This document shows, in pieces, positions 1 to 9,905 of a stretch of DNA of 64,000 bases. Within the stretch, counting starts at the first letter, position 1; each line of letters begins with the position of its first letter. The stretch lies in assembly GCA_965644295.1 (NCBI GenBank), contig CBFFRP010000377.1, positions 186,001 to 250,000 of the forward strand. Reading direction: 5' to 3'. The notes under the pieces are model-generated. The model saw nothing but the letters and a program-made list of their open reading frames with translations. It was not told the DNA's origin and made no database searches. The translations under genes and the position numbers were made by a program. This stretch comes from Paraphysomonas bandaiensis. Its lineage: Eukaryota > Protista > Chrysophyceae.

Positions 1-1094
1 AGGATAGCTATATAGCTATAAGGCACATCATCTACTGTCAATTCCAGAACCCCCTAGTTAATCTTGTATAGTATTGAGTATTGTAACTTTAGTGTGGTAG
101 GAGCAAAATATAAACAGTTATTCGCCCTTATATGAGCCTTCCAGTACATTCTATTCTACATTTTTACCACATGAGAATATCGGATATGAGATTTCTTGTA
201 ATACTAGAGGAATAATTTTACCGACAATTTCACATATACTTTGGATCAAGGAATATGAGGGTCGTGTTTTAGTTTGATGTAGTGTTGGTACTATAGAGAG
301 TTGTCAAGATATATATATCCGAGTTTGGACACTCAAGATTTTACCTACAGTGATTTGGTCACTTTGGGAGGGGTCAGGTGAATAATGTGTGTTAATCAAG
401 ACTTCATGTATAATAATATGTATATTGCACACAATAATATGCAATCTTAATATTACTTTGTAGATACAACAATGGCAATATATATATATTTAGTTTTATT
501 TCGTCTCTGTGTAGTTTTTAACTGTGAACTTGGCTAAATTAAATAAATTAAATAATGAAACATCACATACGTACAGTTTTAAAGACATCTAAAAAAAAGT
601 ACAATGCTTTTTAGTCAAAAGTTAACATCACTATACAGCAATGTATGTTGAGGTTTGCTGTATAATATTATATATATCGTCGGTGTGAAATAGCTAACAG
701 AATTTTTGTGAGGAATGGGTGAATTGAGTTTCGAAGGAAGTAATTTAGTTCCCGATATAATAAACTTATTCAAGATATTTAAGGCTACGAAACTCGTGAA
801 GCACTGAGAAATAAATGACAAACATATGTGAACAAGAATAGATGTAAATTGTTACGATTAATAGTTCCAATTCTTCTTGGAAGTGCAGATCTGAAAATAA
901 CCAGTGCTTGCAGCAAAGCAATATCGAGGTTTACTTAGTACATGGTTAACTTCAGTGATATGTCCATACTTAACTGACTAAAGTAAAATATATATATAAA
1001 GTCCAATCTATGTACACTGTAATTGTGGTCGACCATTTCTGTAGTGGCTACATTTGCCAATCTTCAGTCTTTACCTAACGGATAAAATATACAT

Positions 1095-2227
1095 TTAACA
1101 CACTCGGAGTGGTTGTTGCTGTGTTATGCAATGAATTCCTCCACCCCCTGTAGCCAGTGCTGTAACATCAACCATCACCACCTCTCTTTCTGGGAAAACA
1201 CTTCTGAGAATATCTGCCGCTCTATCATCAGATGGCACACCGAATGCCGGAGCAACTACACCACCATTGGGCATGTAGAAGTTGATGTACGAGTTGCAGA
1301 ATGCACCTTTGCATTTCCTCGCAATTTTTAAGTCAAGCGCTTCCTTACTTTCTGGCAAATCTATAATTTCAAGCCTACGGCCTTTGGCATCAAGCGCTTC
1401 TTCGAGCGCACGCCGATTTTTTGTCATTGCTCTCGCGTATTCTCTGTCGTCGCAAGGGAAGGTAGTCGCGTTGAACAGCACCACACCTGGGCGAGCGAAG
1501 CAAGCAATCCCATCAATATGACCATCTGTAATAGGATCCAGTTTAGAGCTTAGTCCTGGAAGCCACACCACTACCTGTAGTATATGCACTGTTTAGCACA
1601 AATTGAGGTAACAACGCAGTCGCGTACCTCTATCCCTAGTGACTTTCGCAGCTCGTCCTCCACTTCTTCGCGACTCCAACATTTGTTGCGATTCATGTTC
1701 AAAACAGACGACTCAGTTATTAGCAGAGTGCCTTCCCCATCCGTATGCAGACTACCTCCTTCTACAGTAAGCTGAGAGCAATATATACTAGAAGAGTCAG
1801 ACAGGGTCGACACAGCCCTGCCCAGACGCGCATCACAATCATAAGGCTTAAACTTCTCACCCCACGAGTTAAAAGTCCAACACACAGATAGCAATCGCGC
1901 CATATCTCTGCTTAAGCAGAATGTGGGTCCAGTATCACGTACCCACACATCATCGATATCGCACACGTATAGTGTGACTGGGTATCTAGATTGAGCACTC
2001 GTTTCAAGAATGGAAACCGCTTCGTTTCTATCATCCTCATTCGCAGCGATTAAATGAACAGGTTCGAAGGAAGCTATTGCAAACAACACCGACACGAAGT
2101 CCTCCTTCGCCCTCCTAAATCCACTTACCTTCCACGTGCCCTTGCTCTGTGATGAAGTCGGCCAGGCCATCCATACGCACTCATGAGGTGACCACTCAGC
2201 AGGCATGAAACCGAATGTTTCACACAT
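1095..2227 (-). CDS. aguA: Agmatine deiminase (PAD_porph/AguA family), 2 exons
   Basis: Motifs MPAEW, DDVWVRDTGP, EGGSLHTDGEGT, TDGHIDG, SYINFY and catalytic GGGGIHCITQQQP. A GT-AG intron at 1575-1627 (53 bp) joins LGIE|VVVWLPG. Confidence 0.95.
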
Positions 2228-2397
2228 TCCTCTTCACTGTGCTTATGGACTTCTATCCACACCACGACAAGATACAGCCTTTTCCTATGCATATGCATCT
2301 TACACGCACGTAGTACATATTATATATGTATCAATATACACTGTTGGTACGTACATATGTACAGTAGGTCGGTAGGTACAAATATACGTACATGCGC

Positions 2398-2398
<1 letters not shown>

Positions 2399-2428
<30 letters not shown>

Positions 2429-2634
2429 TGTATGTATGTATGTATGTATGTATGTATGTATGTATGTATGTATGTATGTATGTATGTATGTATGTATGTA
2501 TGTATGTATGTATGTATGTATGTATGTATGTATGTATGTATGTATGTATGTATGTATGTATGTATGTATGTATGTATGTATGTATGTATGTATGTATGTA
2601 TGTATGTATGTATGTATGTATGTATGTATGTATG
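2399..2634. repeat. (TATG)~59 microsatellite, left flank of Copia-1
   Basis: Perfect tetranucleotide array read directly from the sequence. Confidence 0.99.
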
Positions 2635-2921
2635 CGCAGAGAAAAATACGGTACTCGGTCGAATGTTACGGATGTTACAAATCAATAAACGGACGGAATA
2701 CCCCCGTTGCTTTCACACAGTCTACACTACAGGTAGTCAAAGCAAGGTTCTCTTTATAGTTACTACAGAACTTCTCAGTAAGAGGAAATTATGCCTCTAT
2801 TCTACAGCCGTACACTACACACTGCATAATATAACACCATACACCTCTATGTGCCCTATGCATATCTTATACAGTCACTTCAAGTACTAAACTGAAAAGA
2901 ACATCCTCTCATTCCTCTACG
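2635..2921 (-). repeat. 3' LTR of Copia-1
   Basis: Direct repeat of 7336-7622. Element-strand ends are CGTAGAG...CTCTGCG. Confidence 0.97.
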
Positions 2922-2937
2922 CACCCCTGTGATGTGT

Positions 2938-5900
2938 CTACTCGTTCCCAACGATCAGACATATCAAATGACGAAACAATTTGCCTTGTAGGGGTTTAGT
3001 CAGCACATCAGCCAACATCTCTCCTGTAGGTAAGTACTGAAGCTTCACGTCTCCCCTATCATGGTGTTCTTCGACTAAAGCCTGCCTTACTCGTAGATAC
3101 TTCGATCGGTATTTGCCTCCTCCTTTCGTTACGAGACTGAGATTCGACAAGTTGTCCTGATAAATAACAGGTGGGTCAAGCGCATAGCCCTGCCCACACA
3201 CAAACTCATGTAATCTCATTGCATTAGACATCATATCAGATAGGCCGACCAGCTCGGATTCGGTCGAGTCTTTCGTCACGATTCGTTGCTTAGTTGATCG
3301 GCATAGTACTGTGGCCCCTCCAAGCTGTACAACTACGCCTGTATGCCCTTTTCCGTCTTCGTGGGTGGCGAACGAAGCGTCGATGAAGCTTCTTACCCGC
3401 AGCTGCTCTCCAATCTTCAGCTGCAGATCTTGATCCCTTGTGTGCGCAAGGTATTTCAGCACTCGATTCAACTTCTGCTGATCTCCGATAGTCGGACCCT
3501 TCACTCTTGTTGTGAGGTACGCTATACTGAGCAGGATGTCTGGTCTAACTCTTATTGACAGATATAGCAATTTGGCCACCACTGAATGGAAATTGGCAGC
3601 CTCCTTCCTCCCCAATTTCTGTCCTGCGCCCTCTGTGAACAGTGATGATGTCGCTGGAGATGCTGCTCTGCCAGTGACCGCTGCCTCCTCCAGCACTCCG
3701 TCTAGGTAAGCCCTCATTGACACCACTGCCCTGTCATCTATCATGCTCACATGCATACCTAAATACGACATGTCTTTGTCATCACAGTATTTTACCTCAC
3801 CATATTGTTTCTTTAGTTGTTCCACCAACCACTCGGTGTCACGCTTGTCTTGTGATAGCACTAGCAGATCGTCCACGTGTAGTGTTATAGTGCACTGCTT
3901 GCCGTTGACAGTCCTATTGAGAACACACTGATCCACCGGGTTAGCCACGAAACCAATGCTCTCCAGGTAAGCTCTTATCGTGTTGTACCAGAGCTTGGCG
4001 CTCTGCACGCATCCATATAACGCTTTGTCTAGGCGCACCAATATTTTGCCTCTTTCATCAACATACGGCTGGATTGTGGGGTCTAGTTTTCTGAGTATTG
4101 TGGCCAACATCGGCTCCAATTCCATTATTACCTCTTCGCCTGACATCTCCGCATTGAGGTATGCACCACCTATATCAATTGTCGATACATGTCTCCCCTC
4201 TCTCGCTGCTATTGCTAGGCATGCAAATACTGACTGTATGTCCACAGTGGGTGACGACGTGTCTGGGTACAGTTTCCGATCCTGCTGTGCCCCGTTCGCA
4301 ACCAGCCTCGCCTTGATTTTCTCGAACCTTCCGAGTCCGTCGTATTTCGTCTTCAAAAACATCAGCGATCGAATTGTTCGTTTGAGTTGAGTCTTTGATA
4401 GGTCACTCCGGTGTACTGGAACTATCGCCTTTTTTTCATGCAGCAGCTGCTTCAGCTCCCGTACTATCGCCAGGTAGGCTTCTTTGCCGTGTTCCTTTAA
4501 GCCTTTGGTTACGCTTGTATGATAGGCTCGATACATTACGGGCTTTCTTCTTGTGCCTGCCGCTATCCTTGCTCCGGCTGATGATGATGATGATAGTAGT
4601 TCGCTTGTGTTATGTGTCATCCCTGCAGTTTCCACCCCTGTAAATTCCGGATCGTCGATGTCGTTGGGTGTTGCAGCGCCCGGCTCCTGTTCGCTCGGCC
4701 CATCAGCCCGGTCGCCATCATCGTCGACTGGTTCCGTGATTTTTGTTCTCTCTCTCTCTTCTGTGTGGCCGTGCCCTTCGTCTGTGTCAACTGCTGTCAT
4801 CTGCCCCTCCTCGTGAGGCTCCTTCGGCTTATCGATCTCGTCATTCTCAGCTGGTGGCGTGGTATCCTCGATCTCTCGACTCTCATTCTCGCTGGTCGTG
4901 ACAGGTGAGTGTGACTTGTTGTGCAATGACGATATTCTGTTCACGGCGTCTATTACTATTTGTGTGGTCACCATCTTCACCCAGTTGGTCCTACTCACAT
5001 ATTTATTTGTTTTAAGGTTTAAAAATATCCAACTCCCGTTTGCGTTGCCGGATGGATACAGCGCGATACATGGTTCTGTTCTGGCCTGCTCCGCGTTATT
5101 GCTCTTGACCTTCGGGTCATAACATTCTACGTAGTCCCCAAAAGCCAGTGACAGTTCCTTTTTATAATTGGGTTTCCGACCAGTCAATGCCACTCGCGGT
5201 GCTACAGTTGTGCCATTGGTGGATGGCCTCCTCAAGTTCATGCGGCTGTTGGCGTATCTCACCAGGTCTCTGACGTTGGCATCTGGTAGGTTCCATGGTA
5301 GCCCTGAATGTACACTGCGTATTGTCTCTTTGAGTCGCCTAATCTTCGCGTCGATCTTGTCCAGGTGATCTCCAGCCCCTGCCACGTCAATCTCCATCCC
5401 TGAGATTTTGCCTCTCAGGGCCTTGAATCCCGGCTGAGGGTCCAGGTAGGTAACTGTCGGTATGTACCCGTAGCTTCTTAACAGGTTTACTTGTTCCTGT
5501 AGGGCCAATCCCAACTGATCCGTTGTTTCGTTTTCGAGTGAAGTAACGATGGTTAGTCCCAATGGTTCCGCTAGTGTGAGCATGAACGATTGCTGTCTCA
5601 CACTGAAGATGTCTGTGTACAGCCTTTGCTCCTTCTGCTGTTCTGCCTTCAGTTCCGGATCCGCGTATTGCCGGCTGACTTTCTTATTCGTCTGCTTGCC
5701 TCTCACCGCTTCGAACGGTCTCCCATATATGTCAAAAGCTCTTCTGATATCACTCGGGGTAAGTCGCACCCCTGTAACGTTTCCGTCGCTCACTAGCTGC
5801 ACAGCATCTCTCTCCGAGTCGAAGCCCGAGTTTCGGATCAGGTCTCGTGCTTCTCGCGCTCTCGCGACTTCTACTTTCGAATATTGGGCTTCGCGCTCCG

Positions 5901-7323
5901 CTACAGTCGTTACGTTGACTTTGGCCGTCGCCCAGTCGCGCATGTCGGCCACATACATCTTGTTCTTTCGATAGAAAGTCAAATCACTGTCAGGTAAGTG
6001 GACAGTGAAAGACTCTCCCTGCCTATATGTCACTTCATATATGTCTTCTACGTCCGCCTGACATAGCACGCTTGCCCTTAGCTCATCTGCTGTCTTACAG
6101 GTGAAGAATTGGTCTAGCTCGCCTACATTCGGTAGTTCCAGTGCGTGTCCCGATAATCCCGCCACGGTGCATCCTTTGGACGCCGGTCTTACATTGTTCA
6201 GTAGTCTTGGGTGTACTACCGAGACATCCGCCTGGTTGTCGAGTAATACCTCGTACCATTGGAATGGCTCGCTTCCTGACGTGAAGGCGTTCAACATTGT
6301 TGTCGTGCAGTGCTTGTTTTCTGATTCTTGGCTACTGTCTGGGCATTCGTTCATTCTGTGGCCTGGCTCACCGCAGCCCCAACATATGAGCTGCCTTTTT
6401 TTCTGACCACGTTTGCTGTTGTGCGACTTCGTGTCGTTCCCTTGTTGCTGCTCTGGTGTATCATCGCTATCTGCTGATTTCTTGCCTTTGTCAGACTTCC
6501 ATTTGCTCACGAATGCGGATCCGCCGCCTGCTCTCGTTGCTCTCTTCGGCGTTAGATATTTTGATGCTTTAGTATATATTTCATTCACATGCGTAGGTGC
6601 TGTTTGCGTTCCCATTGTTAGATCGTTGAGATAGCTAGTTTTGAACTCGCCATATCTCGTGTCGTCCAGCCCTTCGAAGAAATCCATCGCGATGTCCTCT
6701 TCATTCATTTCCGCGTTGTTCATGTCTTTGTAGGCTTCTAATAGATGATCAAACCTCTCCTTATAAGTAACTATACTCTCATATGCTCCCTGTTTAGCGT
6801 CTTTGTACCTTTTCCTCGCTTCTGCTCGTACCACTGTACTTACGCTGGAGATAGTGGATACTTTGTGGGTTTGTTTGATAGCCAGCCATAGTAGTAGAGG
6901 ATCCTTAGTCCTGTTCATGAGCTCGTATTCATCTAATAGCTTGACTGCATCCATTGATTCGTGGCTCAGATGGTCTACCATGAATGAGTAGAATGCCGAT
7001 CTATCGTTCCGCATCTTGTCTATTAATCTCCCTCTGGTCTTGGTCTTGTCCTTCATCAGGTCGAGGTTAACTCCATAGGGGTCGTCTTCCAAATCAAAAT
7101 CCTCTGGGTTTATCGCATCGGGCTCATAATATTTGTCCAGCTCTACTAGGCGTGCAAGATCACCGTACTTTTGCATGCCCACCACTACAAGCCTCTGTTT
7201 GAATGTGGCGAAGTTCGAGTTGGCACCGTATCTTAAAGTCGGTACATGTTCTGGTCTATCGGTGCTCGGTTTCTTGCCGAATCTTGCAAATCTTGTTGGC
7301 TTGTCGTTCGTTGTCTTCTTCAT
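2938..7323 (-). CDS. Copia-1 gag-pol polyprotein, 1461 aa, uninterrupted
   Basis: Zn knuckle CWGCGEPGHRMNEC, protease LLDNQA, integrase YTD..YLD..HLDKIDAKIR, RT KARLVANG / DIGGAYLNA / LDKALYG / LHVDDLL, RNase H FIDASFA / STESE / YQDN / ADVLTKPL. Confidence 0.97.
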   Translation of the reverse strand: MKKTTNDKPTRFARFGKKPSTDRPEHVPTLRYGANSNFATFKQRLVVVGMQKYGDLARLVELDKYYEPDAINPEDFDLEDDPYGVNLDLMKDKTKTRGRLIDKMRNDRSAFYSFMVDHLSHESMDAVKLLDEYELMNRTKDPLLLWLAIKQTHKVSTISSVSTVVRAEARKRYKDAKQGAYESIVTYKERFDHLLEAYKDMNNAEMNEEDIAMDFFEGLDDTRYGEFKTSYLNDLTMGTQTAPTHVNEIYTKASKYLTPKRATRAGGGSAFVSKWKSDKGKKSADSDDTPEQQQGNDTKSHNSKRGQKKRQLICWGCGEPGHRMNECPDSSQESENKHCTTTMLNAFTSGSEPFQWYEVLLDNQADVSVVHPRLLNNVRPASKGCTVAGLSGHALELPNVGELDQFFTCKTADELRASVLCQADVEDIYEVTYRQGESFTVHLPDSDLTFYRKNKMYVADMRDWATAKVNVTTVAEREAQYSKVEVARAREARDLIRNSGFDSERDAVQLVSDGNVTGVRLTPSDIRRAFDIYGRPFEAVRGKQTNKKVSRQYADPELKAEQQKEQRLYTDIFSVRQQSFMLTLAEPLGLTIVTSLENETTDQLGLALQEQVNLLRSYGYIPTVTYLDPQPGFKALRGKISGMEIDVAGAGDHLDKIDAKIRRLKETIRSVHSGLPWNLPDANVRDLVRYANSRMNLRRPSTNGTTVAPRVALTGRKPNYKKELSLAFGDYVECYDPKVKSNNAEQARTEPCIALYPSGNANGSWIFLNLKTNKYVSRTNWVKMVTTQIVIDAVNRISSLHNKSHSPVTTSENESREIEDTTPPAENDEIDKPKEPHEEGQMTAVDTDEGHGHTEERERTKITEPVDDDGDRADGPSEQEPGAATPNDIDDPEFTGVETAGMTHNTSELLSSSSSAGARIAAGTRRKPVMYRAYHTSVTKGLKEHGKEAYLAIVRELKQLLHEKKAIVPVHRSDLSKTQLKRTIRSLMFLKTKYDGLGRFEKIKARLVANGAQQDRKLYPDTSSPTVDIQSVFACLAIAAREGRHVSTIDIGGAYLNAEMSGEEVIMELEPMLATILRKLDPTIQPYVDERGKILVRLDKALYGCVQSAKLWYNTIRAYLESIGFVANPVDQCVLNRTVNGKQCTITLHVDDLLVLSQDKRDTEWLVEQLKKQYGEVKYCDDKDMSYLGMHVSMIDDRAVVSMRAYLDGVLEEAAVTGRAASPATSSLFTEGAGQKLGRKEAANFHSVVAKLLYLSIRVRPDILLSIAYLTTRVKGPTIGDQQKLNRVLKYLAHTRDQDLQLKIGEQLRVRSFIDASFATHEDGKGHTGVVVQLGGATVLCRSTKQRIVTKDSTESELVGLSDMMSNAMRLHEFVCGQGYALDPPVIYQDNLSNLSLVTKGGGKYRSKYLRVRQALVEEHHDRGDVKLQYLPTGEMLADVLTKPLQGKLFRHLICLIVGNE

Positions 7324-7335
7324 AATTTCCTCTTA
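7321..7335 (-). promoter_or_regulatory. Putative self-priming primer-binding site of Copia-1 (TAAGAGGAAATTATG)
   Basis: Abuts the 5' LTR and lacks the TGG that would pair with tRNA CCA. It is the exact reverse complement of LTR positions 7480-7494. Its last 3 nt are the gag ATG. Confidence 0.75.
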
Positions 7336-7622
7336 CGCAGAGAAAAATACGGTACTCGGTCGAATGTTACGGATGTTGCAAATCAATAAACGGACGGAAT
7401 ACCCCCGTTGCTTTCACACAGTCTACACTACAGGTAGTCAAAGCAAGGTTCTCTTTATAGTTACTACAGAACTTCTCAGTAAGAGGAAATTATGCCTCTA
7501 TTCTACAGCCGTACACTACACACTGCATAATATAACACCATACACCTCTATGTGCCCTATGCATATCTTATACAGTCACTTCAAGTACTAAACTGAAAAG
7601 AACATCCTCTCATTCCTCTACG
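7336..7622 (-). repeat. 5' LTR of Copia-1
   Basis: Direct repeat of 2635-2921. Confidence 0.97.
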
Positions 7623-7623
7623 G

Positions 7624-7807
7624 TATGTATGTATGTATGTATGTATGTATGTATGTATGTATGTATGTATGTATGTATGTATGTATGTATGTATGTATGT
7701 ATGTATGTATGTATGTATGTATGTATGTATGTATGTATGTATGTATGTATGTATGTATGTATGTATGTATGTATGTATGTATGTATGTATGTATGTATGT
7801 ATGTATG
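7624..7807. repeat. (TATG)~46 microsatellite, right flank of Copia-1
   Basis: Perfect tetranucleotide array. Confidence 0.99.
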
Positions 7808-7946
7808 TACCAGTATGCATATATGGAGCTGTCTGTGCGTAGATGTGGGTAGGTAGGTATGATAGCAGTGTCATCAGGTTACATGGATTCTAAATTTAGA
7901 ATTTGAGGATAGCTTTGTATATATTGAGAATTTTATCTAGAAGAAG

Positions 7947-9308
7947 ATGTTAAGTAGATTGCGTTGTGGTATTGTCTTGTGTGAGCGCCGAGCGCTCTCA
8001 ATGGCTGTGAAGCATAGTGTATGTGGTGCCCCTCAGAGTGTTCTCAAGTGAGCCTTTCGCGTCTTTTGGTTATATTCACGTTTAGTCGACTGTATTAATT
8101 TGTAGAATGGAGACTATCGATTCTATTGGCAAAGTTGGTCCCACTCAAGTTGCATTAAAAATGTTGGCAGCACCGATTAATCCATCAGACTTGAACATGG
8201 CACGTAGTCATATGTGTGTGATGTAAATTATAACGCAGTCAAAGCAGATTGAGGGTGTATACGGAATCAAGGCGAAGCTTCCGGCTGTACCTGGTAATGA
8301 GGGTGTAGCATTAGTAAAAAGCGTTGGGAAGAATGTTACGTCGTTGAAAGAAGGTGATTGGGTGATTCCTCACGGCGGGGGGTTTGGTAAGCGAGATAAA
8401 CTTAGCAAGAAAAAATATACTGGATATGATATCTGATTGATACTTGTACAGGTACTTGGAGAGAAGAAGTTCTTGTTGAAGGAGATGACGTTGACAAAAT
8501 ACCTAACGATATACCTGCTGCATACGCTGCGGTTTTGGGCGTGAATCCGTCCACGGCATACAGACTGCTCAGAGACTTTGGTAACCTGCAGCCTGGAGAC
8601 TATGTTATACAGAACGCAGCCAACAGCATGGTTGGACTGGCAGTAGTTCAACTGGCTAATTTGATGGGGCTGAAGACAATCAACATCGTTCGCTCTGATA
8701 GGTTAGTTGAAAGGTTGTCATGCAGTATATGTGCTCACGTATTGTGCAGGCCCGATGTCTACACAGAGCTGCGGCTTCTTGATAATCTAGGCGGAATGTT
8801 AAACGTCCCGTCCGACTATGTGGGGACACATGCCTTCCGGGATATAATCGCCGACCTGGACCGTCCTGTGCGCTTAGCTTTAAATGCTGTTGGGGGTCGT
8901 AGTGCGGAGGACATGGCCCGGGTCCTTCAGCATGGGGGAACAATGGTTACTTATGGGGGAATGTCCAAGCGTCCAGTCGAGTTGTCTCAAGAGATACTCA
9001 ATTATAAGCAGTTAGACATGCGAGGATTCTGGATGACAGAATGGGTGAACAGAAGCAGCAGAGAGGACCGCTTGGTAATGCTAGAAGACTTGGCCGGGTG
9101 GGTGAAGCAAGAACAGCTTTCACTGTTCCTCGAACTCCATGATTTCGATGACTTCCACTATGCGCTCGAGCGATCACTCCTTCCTAACCGCCGTCGTAAG
9201 GTGGTTTTGAATATGGACTACCCTGACCGTATGGCGCAACACGACGAGCTCGCTAAAGACAAGGAAGAAAACTACTCCATGTTTGACGTGGACCCTTTAA
9301 TGCATTAA
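7947..9308 (+). CDS. MECR: Mitochondrial trans-2-enoyl-CoA/ACP reductase (MDR family), multi-exon
   Basis: N-terminal MLSRLR targeting-like peptide. Motifs [13 protein letters not shown]|[62 protein letters not shown]. Confidence 0.9.
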
Positions 9309-9905
9309 TTGCACTGCGGTGTATCTATAGTTGTAATAACTTGTTTCAATAGTTAAGTTGAAGGACTGAGTATATAATGCATACCTCACTGGCCAACTGC
9401 ACTTCTTTATATATGTGGAGCGCCTGTGTCAGCAGTCTTTATTAAACCTGATGACTAACATTTGAGCTTTACAATATATGAGGGCTATGCATATAAGAAG
9501 AAATACTAATGTGCATGAAGTCATAAGTAGTTGCATTTATAACCTATTACGATCAGTAAGTCGTGAGAATTAACTTGTAATCGGTATGTGCAATATTCTA
9601 ATATGGCATTCAAATTGTTTCCTCCAACAAGGGCTTAGTAACCTCGAACAAATTTTATGATCAAAAGCGATATAAATGGGGAATAATATTTAACCCAGTC
9701 AAATTGGCTGAATAACCAATTACCTACTAGTCACACTAATAACAAATAACTATATAATGACAAAGTGGTGCTGTGTGCTGTGAATGCCACGATAACTACA
9801 GGTTCAATTTTCAAGATACTATAAAATGAAAATAGCATAAGATAAGCAGCGATTGCATGATATTCAATGGAACTAGCATAACAGCAAACCACAAACATTA
9901 GTGAA

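Larger units (their letters stand above)
2635..7622 (-). mobile_element. Copia-1: intact Ty1/Copia LTR retrotransposon (resembles the diatom CoDi-type lineage) inserted in (TATG)n
   Basis: 287-bp LTRs at 2635-2921 and 7336-7622 with one mismatch seen (2677 A vs 7378 G). 5-bp TSD GTATG at 2630-2634 and 7623-7627. PPT-like CACAGGGGTG before the 3' LTR. Single ORF in gag-PR-IN-RT-RH order. Confidence 0.97.

Noticed and set aside
1095-2227. Recent bacterial HGT of agmatine deiminase (likewise DUF389)
   Set aside because: Both genes carry spliceosomal introns and both families have eukaryotic members. The claim cannot be supported without a phylogeny.
2320-2890. Long ORFs of MYVC/HTYI repeats here and at 7581-7874 and 53111-54179
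   Set aside because: They are translation artefacts of stop-free (TATG)n arrays.
3343-7591. Many plus-strand ORFs overlapping Copia-1, and similar antisense ORFs over other genes
   Set aside because: They are shadow frames of real coding sequence with no motifs.
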